Shown here piece by piece: positions 9,619-20,149 of a stretch of DNA of 64,000 nt (position 1 is its first letter; each line of letters opens with the position of its first letter). Position numbers and translations under genes: made by a program. The stretch comes from an uncultured Candidatus Saccharibacteria bacterium (GTDB lineage: Bacteria > Patescibacteriota > Minisyncoccia > Phycocordibacterales > JACOZG01), in the NCBI GenBank assembly GCA_964448295.1, contig CAYUVV010000003.1, positions 9,543 to 73,542 of the forward strand. The letters run 5' to 3'. The notes below the pieces were generated by a model. It was given only the letters and a program-made list of their open reading frames with translations, was not told the origin of the DNA and did not search any database.

Positions 9619-12600
9619 CTAGTTGGTCAATAATCGGAGCAAGCGATTTATAGCCGGCAAAAGTTGTGGCAACTGACGTTCCAAACCTCCGGTCAAGGTT
9701 CTCTTGGTAGGAAAATCAAACAAGGAAACATTCGTCCACGGATCATTACTGCTGTTTCCGTTTAATAAATCAATCAGTTGCGTCATATCTTGAGCGTTTA
9801 TGGAACCACTGTCGTTAATGTCCGACTGATAATTCTCACAAACGCGAGATCCGTTCAGACAATCTGCTAGATAGGCGATATCCTGCGCGTTGGTCGTACC
9901 AGATTGATTAACGTCACCCGGCAAATATCCCAGTCGCACCAATGTTGCGGATGGTAAATGCTCTACTTCAATTTGTTCTCGCGGGTTAAGATTATCAAAA
10001 AAGACGGAAAAATTTTTAGTAGAACCATGGCGATATCCTGCATACCCAAAACCAATCTGAAAATTACGGCCCTCCTTGCGAGTGGTAGTCAGCCGAATAT
10101 CACTTAGTTGTGGCTCGCGAGGAAGAGGCTGTGAAAAATTAAAATCAATTTGTCTAAAAGGAACGCCGGTTCTGATGCGAGCATCAATCGCTTTGTTCCG
10201 AGGCCAGACACTTGACGGTTTGGGGTGAAAAACGCCGCCCTGAACATTAAATTCGCCACTATTGCCGTTGACCCCCGGCGCTCCAACAACCTCGACCAAA
10301 ATCTTAAAGGGATTATAAGCGGGATTAAGGGTGTTGGCCGGAATTGAGTGAGAACCGGTATTAGCGCCGCGGTAATGGTAAAAATTACCTTGACCTTCCC
10401 CTTCCGGGCTATTACCGGGTGCCAGAGATTGCGCCCAAATCCGAACATCATTATTTGCAATATTGGGCGACAAACCGGGGTAGACCCAAGAGACGGTAAT
10501 GGGTTGACCGGCGTCTAGCACAGCATCAGCCATTGGCGCGGTGACGATAAGCGGCGCGACGGAGACGATAAAGGTACCACTTTGACCGCCAATCCAACCG
10601 CCACTGGAGTTGATAGCACCCGCGCTAATGTAATACCTGCCAGGAGTTAAACTAGCAATATCCAGTTCGCTATAACCAGTATTGGGAACAGATGTAGACA
10701 AAACACTAGTGGTTCCGCCATCAGCGTAAACACCAAAAGATACTGAACTGGTTGAGGGCACGCCACTGGTCGACCACTTCACTCCAAGCGGCTGATCGGA
10801 ACCGAGGTAGTAGACATCGCCCGTGGTTGGTTTGGTGATGGTAATTGATGGCCGATTGGCCACTTGGATCTCTTGAATGTGGGTACCGGTGCCAGGCGGC
10901 ACGGTGAAATTAACCGAACCATTTTGATAAACCGAACCTCGGGGGAACTCAAAATCAACGCGATAGGTTTTGCCGATTTCCAAAATAGGATTTGGCGCCA
11001 GGGAATAACCCTGACCATCGGTATAAAGAGTGGCGACAAACCGACCAGATGATGGATCATAAACCTTAACACGCGCACCAGCCGGTATAGCAGTGCTGGC
11101 GTAAAGGAGGAAACCGGTATCCCTATGACCGACGACCGGCAAAACCTCAACTCGTATCGTTGCAAAATCAGGAGACATGGCCTGATTTGTTATCATAATG
11201 TTTTCGTACGGATCAATAAAACTTTGGCCGACTTTCAGAGAAGCGTCGAGAGCATCAAAAAACGGAAATGAATTCGAACCTGGAGTGGTATCAATTAACA
11301 AACTCCTGCTTATCAGACCGTAATCCGTAGCAATATGAATCAAAACAGAGTTATCGTAAAATACATTGTTACCAACCTCAAAACCAACGGGCTTACGAAA
11401 TTCAACATAATAATAACTGGGATAAGTTGTATTATCATTATATTGACCGGAAATTCTAGAACCGAGAATTGGTATTCGTAAAGTTTGAACATTGTTGGTT
11501 GCAAACTCTAGAGGGAAGATGTCGTAAGTTGCATAACCAGTGGCACGATCAAAAGTAACAGTATTATCATCGTTCAACCAAGTTGTTTTTTCTGCCTCAC
11601 TAGTACCCGCATAACCCTTACGATAACTAATCATGTGCCCACGACCAGAACCCATTATGTCGAAAGGATCTCCGTATTCCGCCCAATTCTGATCAGAACA
11701 ACGTCCCGTCGAATTCAACGGAAGAATAGACAGCGGACGACCTTCTGTGTCTAAAAAGCGACAAAAGCCAGCATGGATGGTGCCCAGGGCGTGGCCAATC
11801 TCGTGCCCTATGACACGAAGACTGAAACTGTGTGCGTCAGTCAAAGGAGGAACCCAGTCTATCATAATAAAAGCCGGCGAACCGCCAACACTCGAGTAAC
11901 CACTCCAAGCGCAGAAAACTCCTGGGAAAACGTGTATTACGATATCGTAACCAGATAAACTAAGACCCTGTGTTTGTACATAAGTATCAACAAGATCAGT
12001 GGTAGTGATTAAACCGGCGCAAACTTCGTTATTCAAATGATCTAGTGGTAAGGTAAACCACCCGTAAACATCGCCGTCGGGGCGGTTTTTGCCAACCAGT
12101 TTCATCTTGCCGAAAGAGTTTTCCTGATAGAAAGCGTTGACGGAGTCGCTGTCGGTAAAAACCCAATCGCGGATTTGATCGGGAGTAAAAGGCTCGCGGG
12201 TATCGTTCTGCCAGTTGAAAAGGATTACCGCTATCTTTTTTTCGTCTACATCACCACTCGCTAGGGGTGAAGATGGCCGTTCCGACGCTCTGGCCGTTAC
12301 TTTAATGTCTTTGGCTTGAGAAATAATTTTGTCGCCCAAACGCAAGCCGCTCACCGTAATCGTGTCGCCAGTCTTCGCCGGAGCCGGCGCCAAACGACTC
12401 GACGACGGAATCGTCAGTTGAAAACGCTGGCCGGTTTTTTGGTCCTTTACGAAATACTCATCGCGCGCTGTCCCCTCTTTAAAATTATCCACCACAATAT
12501 GGGAAAACTCGCCGGTAACAGACGCGGCCGAGAATGAGGGAAGAGTTTGCGCCAGGATCGAACGACCACCGAGCAACAGCAAAAAGACGGCGATCGTCAA

Positions 12601-12624
12601 ACTAATTATTTTGTTTGCTTTCAT
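9619..12624 (-). CDS. secreted multidomain zinc metalloprotease (metzincin motif) with C-terminal dockerin
   Basis: Signal peptide MKANKIISLTIAVFLLLLGGRSILAQ. HEIGHALGTIH matches HExxHxxGxxH. C-terminal DVNQSGTTNAQDIAYLADCLNG...DINDSGSINAQDMTQLIDLLNG is a two-repeat type I dockerin. Confidence 0.7.
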   Translation of the reverse strand: MKANKIISLTIAVFLLLLGGRSILAQTLPSFSAASVTGEFSHIVVDNFKEGTARDEYFVKDQKTGQRFQLTIPSSSRLAPAPAKTGDTITVSGLRLGDKIISQAKDIKVTARASERPSSPLASGDVDEKKIAVILFNWQNDTREPFTPDQIRDWVFTDSDSVNAFYQENSFGKMKLVGKNRPDGDVYGWFTLPLDHLNNEVCAGLITTTDLVDTYVQTQGLSLSGYDIVIHVFPGVFCAWSGYSSVGGSPAFIMIDWVPPLTDAHSFSLRVIGHEIGHALGTIHAGFCRFLDTEGRPLSILPLNSTGRCSDQNWAEYGDPFDIMGSGRGHMISYRKGYAGTSEAEKTTWLNDDNTVTFDRATGYATYDIFPLEFATNNVQTLRIPILGSRISGQYNDNTTYPSYYYVEFRKPVGFEVGNNVFYDNSVLIHIATDYGLISRSLLIDTTPGSNSFPFFDALDASLKVGQSFIDPYENIMITNQAMSPDFATIRVEVLPVVGHRDTGFLLYASTAIPAGARVKVYDPSSGRFVATLYTDGQGYSLAPNPILEIGKTYRVDFEFPRGSVYQNGSVNFTVPPGTGTHIQEIQVANRPSITITKPTTGDVYYLGSDQPLGVKWSTSGVPSTSSVSFGVYADGGTTSVLSTSVPNTGYSELDIASLTPGRYYISAGAINSSGGWIGGQSGTFIVSVAPLIVTAPMADAVLDAGQPITVSWVYPGLSPNIANNDVRIWAQSLAPGNSPEGEGQGNFYHYRGANTGSHSIPANTLNPAYNPFKILVEVVGAPGVNGNSGEFNVQGGVFHPKPSSVWPRNKAIDARIRTGVPFRQIDFNFSQPLPREPQLSDIRLTTTRKEGRNFQIGFGYAGYRHGSTKNFSVFFDNLNPREQIEVEHLPSATLVRLGYLPGDVNQSGTTNAQDIAYLADCLNGSRVCENYQSDINDSGSINAQDMTQLIDLLNGNSSNDPWTNVSLFDFPTKRTLTGGLERQLPQLLPAINRLLRLLTN

Positions 12625-12629
12625 AAAAA

Positions 12630-13910
12630 TTATTTGTCTGATAAACGGACACCAACCTCGTTCACGGCCACTCGCTCCTGCGCACCAGTATCGCGGGCGC
12701 GCAGGGTGACGGAGCCATCGTCGAGGGTTTGGAAGTCAACCGTCACGCACCACGGCGTGCCGATCTCGTCCTGCCGGCGGTAGCGTTTGCCGATGTTGCC
12801 GTTATCGTCCCAAACAATCGCTGGGATGGTTGTTTTGATTTTAGTGTAAATCTCCCGCGCTTTAGCGATCAACTCCGGTTTGTTTTTCAACAAAGGAAAA
12901 ACGGCGACAGTGATGGGAGCTAGATTGGCCGGCAAACGCAGAACCACCCGCGGTTCGCCGCCAAGTTCATCCTCGTCGTAGGCTTTGGTAAGCACGGCGA
13001 GCAGGTGCCGCCCAAGGCCAAAGGTCGGTTCAATAACATGAGGAAAAATTTTTTCTCCCGTTACCGGATCAACGTAATGCAAATCAACGCCACTTGCCCG
13101 ATCATGACTCTGCAAATCAAAATCGGAGCGATAAGCCAGACCGGCGATCTCGTCAAAACGCGCCGGAAAACGAAACTGAAAATCAATCGTCCGCGCCGAG
13201 TAGTGCGCTCGCTCCGCCGCCGGCACCTCGATTTCCTTAATCTCCTCGGGAGTGAAGCCAAGATCGGCAAACCACGCGCGCGTTTCCCCAAGCCAGTGGG
13301 TAAACCATTTTTCCCACTCGCTGGGGAGCACGAAATATTCTAGCTCCATAATCTCCAACTCTCGCGCACGGAACAGAAAGTCGCGCGGCGCGATCTCGTT
13401 GCGGAAAGTCCGACCAGACTGCGCCAACCCGAACGGTAATTTGGGGTGGTAGCTGTCGACAAAATTTTTAAAATTGACGAACATCCCTTGAGCCGTCTCA
13501 GGGCGCAAATATGCCACCGACTCGGCATTTTCCACTGCTCCCGCGTTGGTTTTAAACATCATATTGAACTGGCGGGGCGGGCCCCATCCTCCCCCGCAAT
13601 CTGGGCAATTCGCGCCAATCTGATCGGCGCGGGCGCGTCGGTGGCACTGACCACACTCCACCAGCGGATCAGAAAACCCGCCAACGTGACCGCTCGCCTC
13701 CCACACGCGGGCGCTCATCAAAAGTGACGACTCTATTCCCCATACATCATCGCGCGCCGACACAAAGCGCCGCCACCACAGGCGTTCCAAATTCTTTTTG
13801 AGCGCGAGACCAAGCGGGCCATAATCCCAGACTCCGGCCAAGCCGCCATAAATGTCGGAACTGGGCCAAACTAAGCCGCGGCGTTTAGTAAAAGAGATAA
13901 TCTTGTCCAT
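12630..13910 (-). CDS. glyQS: glycyl-tRNA synthetase (alpha2 dimeric type)
   Basis: Class II aaRS with the GlyRS-specific N-terminus MDKIISFTKRRG...YGGLAGVWDYGPLG. Start trimmed to the ATG at 13910. Confidence 0.9.
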   Translation of the reverse strand: MDKIISFTKRRGLVWPSSDIYGGLAGVWDYGPLGLALKKNLERLWWRRFVSARDDVWGIESSLLMSARVWEASGHVGGFSDPLVECGQCHRRARADQIGANCPDCGGGWGPPRQFNMMFKTNAGAVENAESVAYLRPETAQGMFVNFKNFVDSYHPKLPFGLAQSGRTFRNEIAPRDFLFRARELEIMELEYFVLPSEWEKWFTHWLGETRAWFADLGFTPEEIKEIEVPAAERAHYSARTIDFQFRFPARFDEIAGLAYRSDFDLQSHDRASGVDLHYVDPVTGEKIFPHVIEPTFGLGRHLLAVLTKAYDEDELGGEPRVVLRLPANLAPITVAVFPLLKNKPELIAKAREIYTKIKTTIPAIVWDDNGNIGKRYRRQDEIGTPWCVTVDFQTLDDGSVTLRARDTGAQERVAVNEVGVRLSDK

Positions 13911-13914
13911 TTTA

Positions 13915-15819
13915 CTATTCGACCACCTTGTCATCCCCCGGGCGACTGCCGACATCGTTTACTGCTGTTGTTAAGTTTCGAATTTCATAGCCAACCGTCG
14001 TATTGGTAACAACATCACGACCGGTTAAGACTGGTTCGGAAACTAAAACAGGCGAAGTGCCCACTTGGCTTAGACTCGGCGCCAATGCCACCCGGAAAAA
14101 TACCTCCCGGGCCGCACCCGATAAGCCGACCCCCGCCGCTACACCGCCCAAAGACCAAGTAACTCGACCGTTTTCCTCGTCAAACACTAGTCCGGAATCA
14201 GGCGGCGAAACGCTATCGAGCCAACGAACATAAGAAGGCAAGGTGGCAACAACAGCCACGTCCGCCACCTCGTTTAAAGCGTTGACCACCGACCAAGCGA
14301 TGGTATAACTCGTCTCCTCGCCCACGCGGGGTGGAATAGGACCATGATTAGCTAGAGGGCCGCCAGCGTGCCAAACCTGGCCAGACAGCTGAACCACAGT
14401 TTGCGTTTTTAGAGTTAAAGATTCGGTCTGTTCAATAATTTCCGCTTGCCCGCCCGGCGCCAAACGTCGTCCGCGTAAAGTAGCCACCAGCTTGATTTCA
14501 GGAACCGCCAACCGGTTAAAGTTGGCTGCTAAATCACGAAAAGACAAGGTGGTAAAATTAAAACTGGTTTTGCCGTCGTCGCCTGGCATTAAGCGCGCGA
14601 GCAACGGCAACGTCTGACGATTCCAAACGATTTCATTCCGCCCGGATTGATAAAAGCCGTTGGGCGCATTCACCGAGCGCTTATCGATGATCTCACCCGT
14701 CAATGAAACAGTTAACTCCGCCGCCGTCAGCTCTTCGGCGAGATTGTTCTCCCAACCCAAATCCACGCGCACCAGCTCGTCCAAGGGAATAACGACTTCG
14801 CCGCCCGAAATACCATTGGCCGTTAAAGAAACAGCAAGTAACGGACGACTAATCCCTACCTCCTTGATAGCCGAATCGTAAATTGTCGCTAAAGACTCCT
14901 GCGGCTCATCGCTACCGGCCAAACCCACATTCGCCCGAAAAGCCCTCCGGTCGCCGTCCTGACCAGCGATAACCCCGCGGAAAATGACAGTCCGCTCGGC
15001 GCCCGCGGCTAAATCACCGAGTCGCCAACGGTTCTCACTAACCACGGGCGCCGGCGTGGCTGTGAGAAAGGTAAAGCCGGGCGGGTACTCCAAGGTCAAA
15101 TTAAGACTGTCTAAAACCGTTTCGGTATTGGAGCGTACCACCACCCGACCAGTAATTTCTTGGCGGCTATTTATTTCGTCGGGCAAATCAAGCGTCAAAA
15201 CGACTGGGGTGGATGAGATCAGAAGATTGGCCTCGGATGTTTTATCAAAAATGGCGTTGGAGTCAGCCAAGCGATACTCCACCGTAACTCGCAAAGTTTG
15301 CACGCTATTCAATTCACCAAAAACCACCGCACGCAAAGTTTTTTTCTCCGTCGCCCCGGCCGCAAGTTGGCCAAGGCTCAAGCGTTCCCGCGTTAGACCA
15401 GTGTTAACGCCAGTTGCCAACGAACGACTCAAGGTCGGGTATTCGACGATCAAAAACACAGATTCGATTGTGGTTTGATTTTGATTAGTCAAAGTAACTT
15501 CCCAACTGACCTCGTCACCCGCACCAACCTCGCGCGGCCCGGTGATAGATAAAGCAATGTTATCCGCCGAAACGAGGCGTTCGCCGCCCCAGAATACAAC
15601 GAAAGACCAGCCGGCAGCTGCCAAAAAAAAGGTCAAGGAAAAAATAAACAGCCAACGCCAAATACGCCCGCCGCCGCGCGGCTGGCGCGGCGGCTCATAA
15701 ACGGGGGTTGAGGCGGCGGAGCGAAAAAAGCGCGAGCGGGTTATTCCCCCACCAGAAAACTGCCGACGATAAAGATTCTCCCGGGCGCGTTCCAAATTTT
15801 CGTTACTTCCCAACGGCAT
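13915..15819 (-). CDS. membrane-anchored surface protein with tandem Ig-like (DUF11/CARDB-like) repeats
   Basis: Basic N-terminal segment. One TM helix (WRWLFIFSLTFFLAAAGWSFVVFW). Then about 6 repeated beta-sandwich-like segments. No enzymatic motif. Confidence 0.55.
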   Translation of the reverse strand: MPLGSNENLERARENLYRRQFSGGGITRSRFFRSAASTPVYEPPRQPRGGGRIWRWLFIFSLTFFLAAAGWSFVVFWGGERLVSADNIALSITGPREVGAGDEVSWEVTLTNQNQTTIESVFLIVEYPTLSRSLATGVNTGLTRERLSLGQLAAGATEKKTLRAVVFGELNSVQTLRVTVEYRLADSNAIFDKTSEANLLISSTPVVLTLDLPDEINSRQEITGRVVVRSNTETVLDSLNLTLEYPPGFTFLTATPAPVVSENRWRLGDLAAGAERTVIFRGVIAGQDGDRRAFRANVGLAGSDEPQESLATIYDSAIKEVGISRPLLAVSLTANGISGGEVVIPLDELVRVDLGWENNLAEELTAAELTVSLTGEIIDKRSVNAPNGFYQSGRNEIVWNRQTLPLLARLMPGDDGKTSFNFTTLSFRDLAANFNRLAVPEIKLVATLRGRRLAPGGQAEIIEQTESLTLKTQTVVQLSGQVWHAGGPLANHGPIPPRVGEETSYTIAWSVVNALNEVADVAVVATLPSYVRWLDSVSPPDSGLVFDEENGRVTWSLGGVAAGVGLSGAAREVFFRVALAPSLSQVGTSPVLVSEPVLTGRDVVTNTTVGYEIRNLTTAVNDVGSRPGDDKVVE

Positions 15820-15863
15820 TGATTTAAGCGGCCCGATTATAGCACGAATCGTAGTTAACTCGC

Positions 15864-16400
15864 TTAGAGATGACTGTGAGCGAGCGATTCGTTGACGGCC
15901 AAGAGGATTTGGTTGCGCTCGCCGACGAGCCGGTCAGCCGGCAAATAGCCTAGGTGGTGAAGCAAACGGGCAACAAGCAATAATTCAAAATCGGCCAAGC
16001 GTGGCGATTCTGGAGGTTGTTCTTGAGCTAGTGACCACGCGGCCGAGTAAAGTTCCTCAAATATTTCCATCGGCGCACCCTCGCCGGGCAACAAACGTCG
16101 GAGCAAGTTGAAAACCCGAGCGAGAAGCAGGCGCGCGGGTTGACCGAAAGAATGATAAGAAAAATCGCCGGGCCCGACCCCAACCACCCTCCACCACTCG
16201 CGACCACGGACTAACTCAATCCGTAGATGCGAAAAAGGTTGCAAGTGGGCGCGTAGTTTGGCCTGGGGCAAACGCACTCCTTGGGCCAAGGCCGAGACGA
16301 GACCCAACTCTGAGGTAAGGAGAAAAATCAAACGGCTAGCTTCTTGACGTTCCTCACTCGCTAGAACAATGGCCGGCACTTGGTAACGATGGTGATGCAT
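15864..16400 (-). CDS. recO: RecO-like DNA repair protein (N-terminal OB fold)
   Basis: AIVLASEERQEASRLIFLLTSELGLVSALAQGVR...LQPFSHLRIELVRGREWWRV resembles the RecO OB domain. Short, no zinc finger. Confidence 0.5.
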   Translation of the reverse strand: MHHHRYQVPAIVLASEERQEASRLIFLLTSELGLVSALAQGVRLPQAKLRAHLQPFSHLRIELVRGREWWRVVGVGPGDFSYHSFGQPARLLLARVFNLLRRLLPGEGAPMEIFEELYSAAWSLAQEQPPESPRLADFELLLVARLLHHLGYLPADRLVGERNQILLAVNESLAHSHL

Positions 16401-16403
16401 AAA

Positions 16404-19400
16404 CTATCGTGCTGGCTTCGCCAGTCGAACTCGCAACTCCGCCCCCTCTTGGTAAGTAAGCGAGGAGAGCGAGGCCAATGTTTTGAGTTTGTTCTCGTAA
16501 CGTCTGGCTGTCTCTAAAAATTCTTTCGAGGCTGTGAGAGTGGCCGAAACCAATTGCCCGGGTTTAAGCCCGAGCACTTTACGCTCGGGTTGAATCGCTC
16601 GCACAATCTCGCGCAGGCGCCCCTCATCGCGGAGTTCATCCGTTAACTCCGTGTCCAACACAACAGATTCCGACAACTTGGTGTTAAACGCCACGGTGCG
16701 AACGTTTAACTCCTCGGCAATAATGGCTAACCAGTCAGGTTCGGCTACCAACGGTGGCGGAGATTCCCGAAAAGTAATTTTCGCGAGCGGTTGGCGAACC
16801 CTGACCCCGGCCCGTTCCCGCGCCTCAAAACCAAACGAAACCAACCGGCGCGCCGCGCGCATTGTTTCGAGTGTTTGCTCATCGCCCGTTTGCACTTCAA
16901 CTCTTGGCCAGTCCGTTAAATGAACACTGATCGGCCCGTCGGCCACACGAACGGCCTGATAAACTTCTTCCGCCAAAAACGGTGTGAAGGGGGCGAACAG
17001 CTTGGCCAACTCTTCAAGCGTCTCCCGCAGTAACTCCCCCGCTTTTCGCCTTGTTTCGACCGAGCCCGCGCGTAAACGATCACGTGAACGACGCAAATAC
17101 CATTGAGAAAGATCGGCCACAAAATCGCGCAAACGCCGCGCCGCCTCGGTGATTTTATAATTTTCCAAATCACGTGTGATACTGGCCACCAAACTCCGGC
17201 GATAAGCCAAAAGCCACTGATCGAGCGGAGTCAATTTCTTAGCCGCCGCTACTGACTTTCCCCCGTTCTTCGTTAACAAATCAGCCACATACAATTGATA
17301 AAAAGACACGACGTTCGCGAGCGGGTTGCGAACTTTCTTCACCGCCTCATCTACCAAACGTTCGTCGAAATTTTTCGATTCACCGGGCGAATTAACGGTA
17401 TACATAAAATAGCGGAGGGAATCAGCGCCGTAACGATCAATCATCGCGTTCGGCTCTACCACGTTCCCAACCGATTTCGACATTTTTTTGCCTTCCTTAT
17501 CGAGCAAGTGGCCAAGAACAATCACATTGCGATAAGGCGAACCCTTCCCCAGCAAGATGCCGATTGCGAGCAAGGTGTAGAACCAGCCACGCGTCTGATC
17601 AACGGCCTCGGCGATGTAATCGGCCGGGTACAAGGGCTCGGCGATCGCGGCCGGGTAACCATCTTCTGCCCAGGGCATCGCGCCGGAATCAAACCAGACA
17701 TCAAGCACTTCCGGCGCGCGTTTTAATTCTCGCCCCGCGTCATCTACTAAACTAATCTCATCAATAAACGGCCGGTGCAAATCGAGCTCGTAATTTTCAT
17801 TATGGGGCAGAGGCACGAAATCAAACGATTTAACCTCCGCGTTGGCAATAAAGTCATCCCCTTCACCGCGCAAGATAATGGATTCTTCAATGTTTAGTCC
17901 GCTCGCCGCCGCGAGCAACAACCAAGCCGGGCTCTCGTGTGTCACAATCAAAATCGTCTTGCCTTGGTAACGGCGCTCCAAATCATAGAGCGCGTCTCCC
18001 GTTCGGCGTTTAACATCGTTGAAACTTTCGCCACCAGGTAACGGCTTGATGAAATATTCTTCCTTAGTTTTAAAAATTTTGTGATAAACATTCACCGGCT
18101 GACGATCTAACTCACCATGATTAACTTCGCCTAAACGCTGGTCGATACTCAACCGATCATTAGGCAAGCCAAGCGCTTTGAGCACCAACTCGGCCGTCTC
18201 CCGTGTGCGTACAAAATCGGAACTGACGATTAGATCAATCTTTTCTTGCTTCAAATTCTTGGCCGCGGCGGCCACCTGTTCACAGCCGCGCTTCGTTAAA
18301 TGGTGAGGATTGTCGGCTCGCGAACTTAAAATATTTGCCGTGTTGTTCTCCGCCTCACCGTGCCGCATCACCAGATAACGATTGCCGGAACGTTTAACTC
18401 GCTTCTTTAATTCCTCGAGCGAGTCAACAACCACCGGCGCGGCGTTAGAACTATCGTCATCGGCCGGCAACCAGAAGGGTAGCGGCGTCCCCCAATAACG
18501 CTCCCGCGAAATCGCCCAATCTTTAACCTCCGTCAGCCACTCGCCAAAACGACCATGCTTGAAGTGATCCGGCTCCCAATTGATTTTCTCGTTCTCGGTC
18601 AAAAGTTCGTCGCGTAAGGCTGACATTCGGATATACCACGAAGCCCGGGCGTAGTAGAGCAAGGGCGTTTTGCACCGCCAGCAGAAAGGGTAACTATGGA
18701 GACACTTTTCTTGCCTTAGCAACAGACCCCGCTTATCCAAATCAGTAATAATGTCTCCATCAACGTTTTTGACAAAGCGACCGGCCCACGGCGTACCATC
18801 AACAAACTTACCATCCTCGGCCACAAGATGAACTTTGGGCAAACCAACCTTTTGGCCGAGAGTAAAATCATCGGCGCCGTACATCACAGCCGTGTGGACG
18901 ATGCCCGTCCCTTCGTCGGTCGTCACAAAATCGGCGGCGTAAACCCGATGCGATTTGTCGTTTTGCAATTGCGGAAAATCGAACAAGGGCTCATATTCAA
19001 GGCCAACCAATTGCGTAGCGGGAATTTGCCGGACGAGACGACTGGCCACGCCGCTTTGGGCGACGTCCGAAGGAGCGAGAAAGGTAAATTCCCGCGAAGC
19101 AATTAAGTGTTCATCGTCATGTTCAACCAACGCGTATTCAATTCCCTTCCCAACAGCCAACGCGACATTGCCGGGAAGCGTCCACGGCGTCGTCGTCCAA
19201 GCCACAAGATAAGTGTTCGGCGGCAAATCGCGGGCCTCGGGATTTTTGACCTTAAACTTCACGTACACAGCCGGGTCCTCCACCTCCTTGTAACCTTGGG
19301 CCACCTCGTGGCTTGAAAGGGCCGTACCGCAACGCGGGCACCAAGGCAAAACTTTGTAATCGCGGTAAAGCAGACCGCGCTCAGCCACTTGGCTTAAAAC

Positions 19401-19889
19401 CCACCAAACCGATTCGATATAAGAATTGTGGTAGGTAACGTAGGGGTTGGCTTGATCAACCCAAAAACCGATCCGCTCGGTAAACTGTTCCCACTCTTGC
19501 AGATATTTCCAAACGCTCGCGCGGCAACGGCGATTAAATTCGGCAAGGCCATAGTCCTCGATCTCTTTTTTGGTTTTAAGACCTAACTCTTTTTCTACTT
19601 CCAATTCCACCGGCAGGCCGTGTGTATCCCAACCGGCTTTGCGCCGCACGTGGTAACCCTGCATCGTTCGGAAACGCGGGATAACGTCTTTAAAGGCGCG
19701 AGCTTCGAGGTGGTGAATACCGGGACGACCATTGGCTGTTGGCGGACCTTCGTAGAAAACAAATTCGCCTTTAGGCGCGGGTTTGGCCAGAGTTTGCTCA
19801 AAAATTTTCTCCCGCCGCCAAAATTCGAGAATTTCCTCCTCCTTTTTAGCGATATCTGATTTTTGTAAATTGTGTTTGTCTGGTGTCAT
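16404..19889 (-). CDS. ileS: isoleucyl-tRNA synthetase with inserted histidine-phosphatase domain
   Basis: HIGH (PPTANGRPGIHH), editing-domain TTTPWTLPGN, WAISRERYWGTPLPFW, KMSKSVGNVVEP. About 190 extra residues (aa about 503-695) carry a PGAM-type signature, LVMRHGEAENN...RTRETAE...ILIVTHES. Confidence 0.9.
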   Translation of the reverse strand: MTPDKHNLQKSDIAKKEEEILEFWRREKIFEQTLAKPAPKGEFVFYEGPPTANGRPGIHHLEARAFKDVIPRFRTMQGYHVRRKAGWDTHGLPVELEVEKELGLKTKKEIEDYGLAEFNRRCRASVWKYLQEWEQFTERIGFWVDQANPYVTYHNSYIESVWWVLSQVAERGLLYRDYKVLPWCPRCGTALSSHEVAQGYKEVEDPAVYVKFKVKNPEARDLPPNTYLVAWTTTPWTLPGNVALAVGKGIEYALVEHDDEHLIASREFTFLAPSDVAQSGVASRLVRQIPATQLVGLEYEPLFDFPQLQNDKSHRVYAADFVTTDEGTGIVHTAVMYGADDFTLGQKVGLPKVHLVAEDGKFVDGTPWAGRFVKNVDGDIITDLDKRGLLLRQEKCLHSYPFCWRCKTPLLYYARASWYIRMSALRDELLTENEKINWEPDHFKHGRFGEWLTEVKDWAISRERYWGTPLPFWLPADDDSSNAAPVVVDSLEELKKRVKRSGNRYLVMRHGEAENNTANILSSRADNPHHLTKRGCEQVAAAAKNLKQEKIDLIVSSDFVRTRETAELVLKALGLPNDRLSIDQRLGEVNHGELDRQPVNVYHKIFKTKEEYFIKPLPGGESFNDVKRRTGDALYDLERRYQGKTILIVTHESPAWLLLAAASGLNIEESIILRGEGDDFIANAEVKSFDFVPLPHNENYELDLHRPFIDEISLVDDAGRELKRAPEVLDVWFDSGAMPWAEDGYPAAIAEPLYPADYIAEAVDQTRGWFYTLLAIGILLGKGSPYRNVIVLGHLLDKEGKKMSKSVGNVVEPNAMIDRYGADSLRYFMYTVNSPGESKNFDERLVDEAVKKVRNPLANVVSFYQLYVADLLTKNGGKSVAAAKKLTPLDQWLLAYRRSLVASITRDLENYKITEAARRLRDFVADLSQWYLRRSRDRLRAGSVETRRKAGELLRETLEELAKLFAPFTPFLAEEVYQAVRVADGPISVHLTDWPRVEVQTGDEQTLETMRAARRLVSFGFEARERAGVRVRQPLAKITFRESPPPLVAEPDWLAIIAEELNVRTVAFNTKLSESVVLDTELTDELRDEGRLREIVRAIQPERKVLGLKPGQLVSATLTASKEFLETARRYENKLKTLASLSSLTYQEGAELRVRLAKPAR

Positions 19890-19900
19890 TTGGTTAGATA

Positions 19901-19937
19901 AAAAGAAACTCCTCTGGCCTATCGTAATGACCAGAGG
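19901..19937 (-). terminator. hairpin plus U-run immediately upstream of the ileS start (leader attenuator)
   Basis: On the minus strand, CCTCTGG-N13-CCAGAGG is followed by AGTTTCTTTTTATC, about 15 nt before the ileS ATG. Confidence 0.5.
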
Positions 19938-20149
19938 AGAAACGAAGCGATTTGCGAGACAGCGGAGCGGTTGCCCGCATTCCAGCTATTGTCGAGCCAG
20001 TTCGCGTTCCGGTTCCACCTGTCGCCATTACGATACAAGCGCGCCACTCTGCTCGAAGCCTTAGCCGCGAGCACTCTCGACGCGTCGGATACTGGTTTCG
20101 GTCGCCGGAAGCCGTAACCGCCGGCAGATTCGCCTAGTCCCAACTCAAT

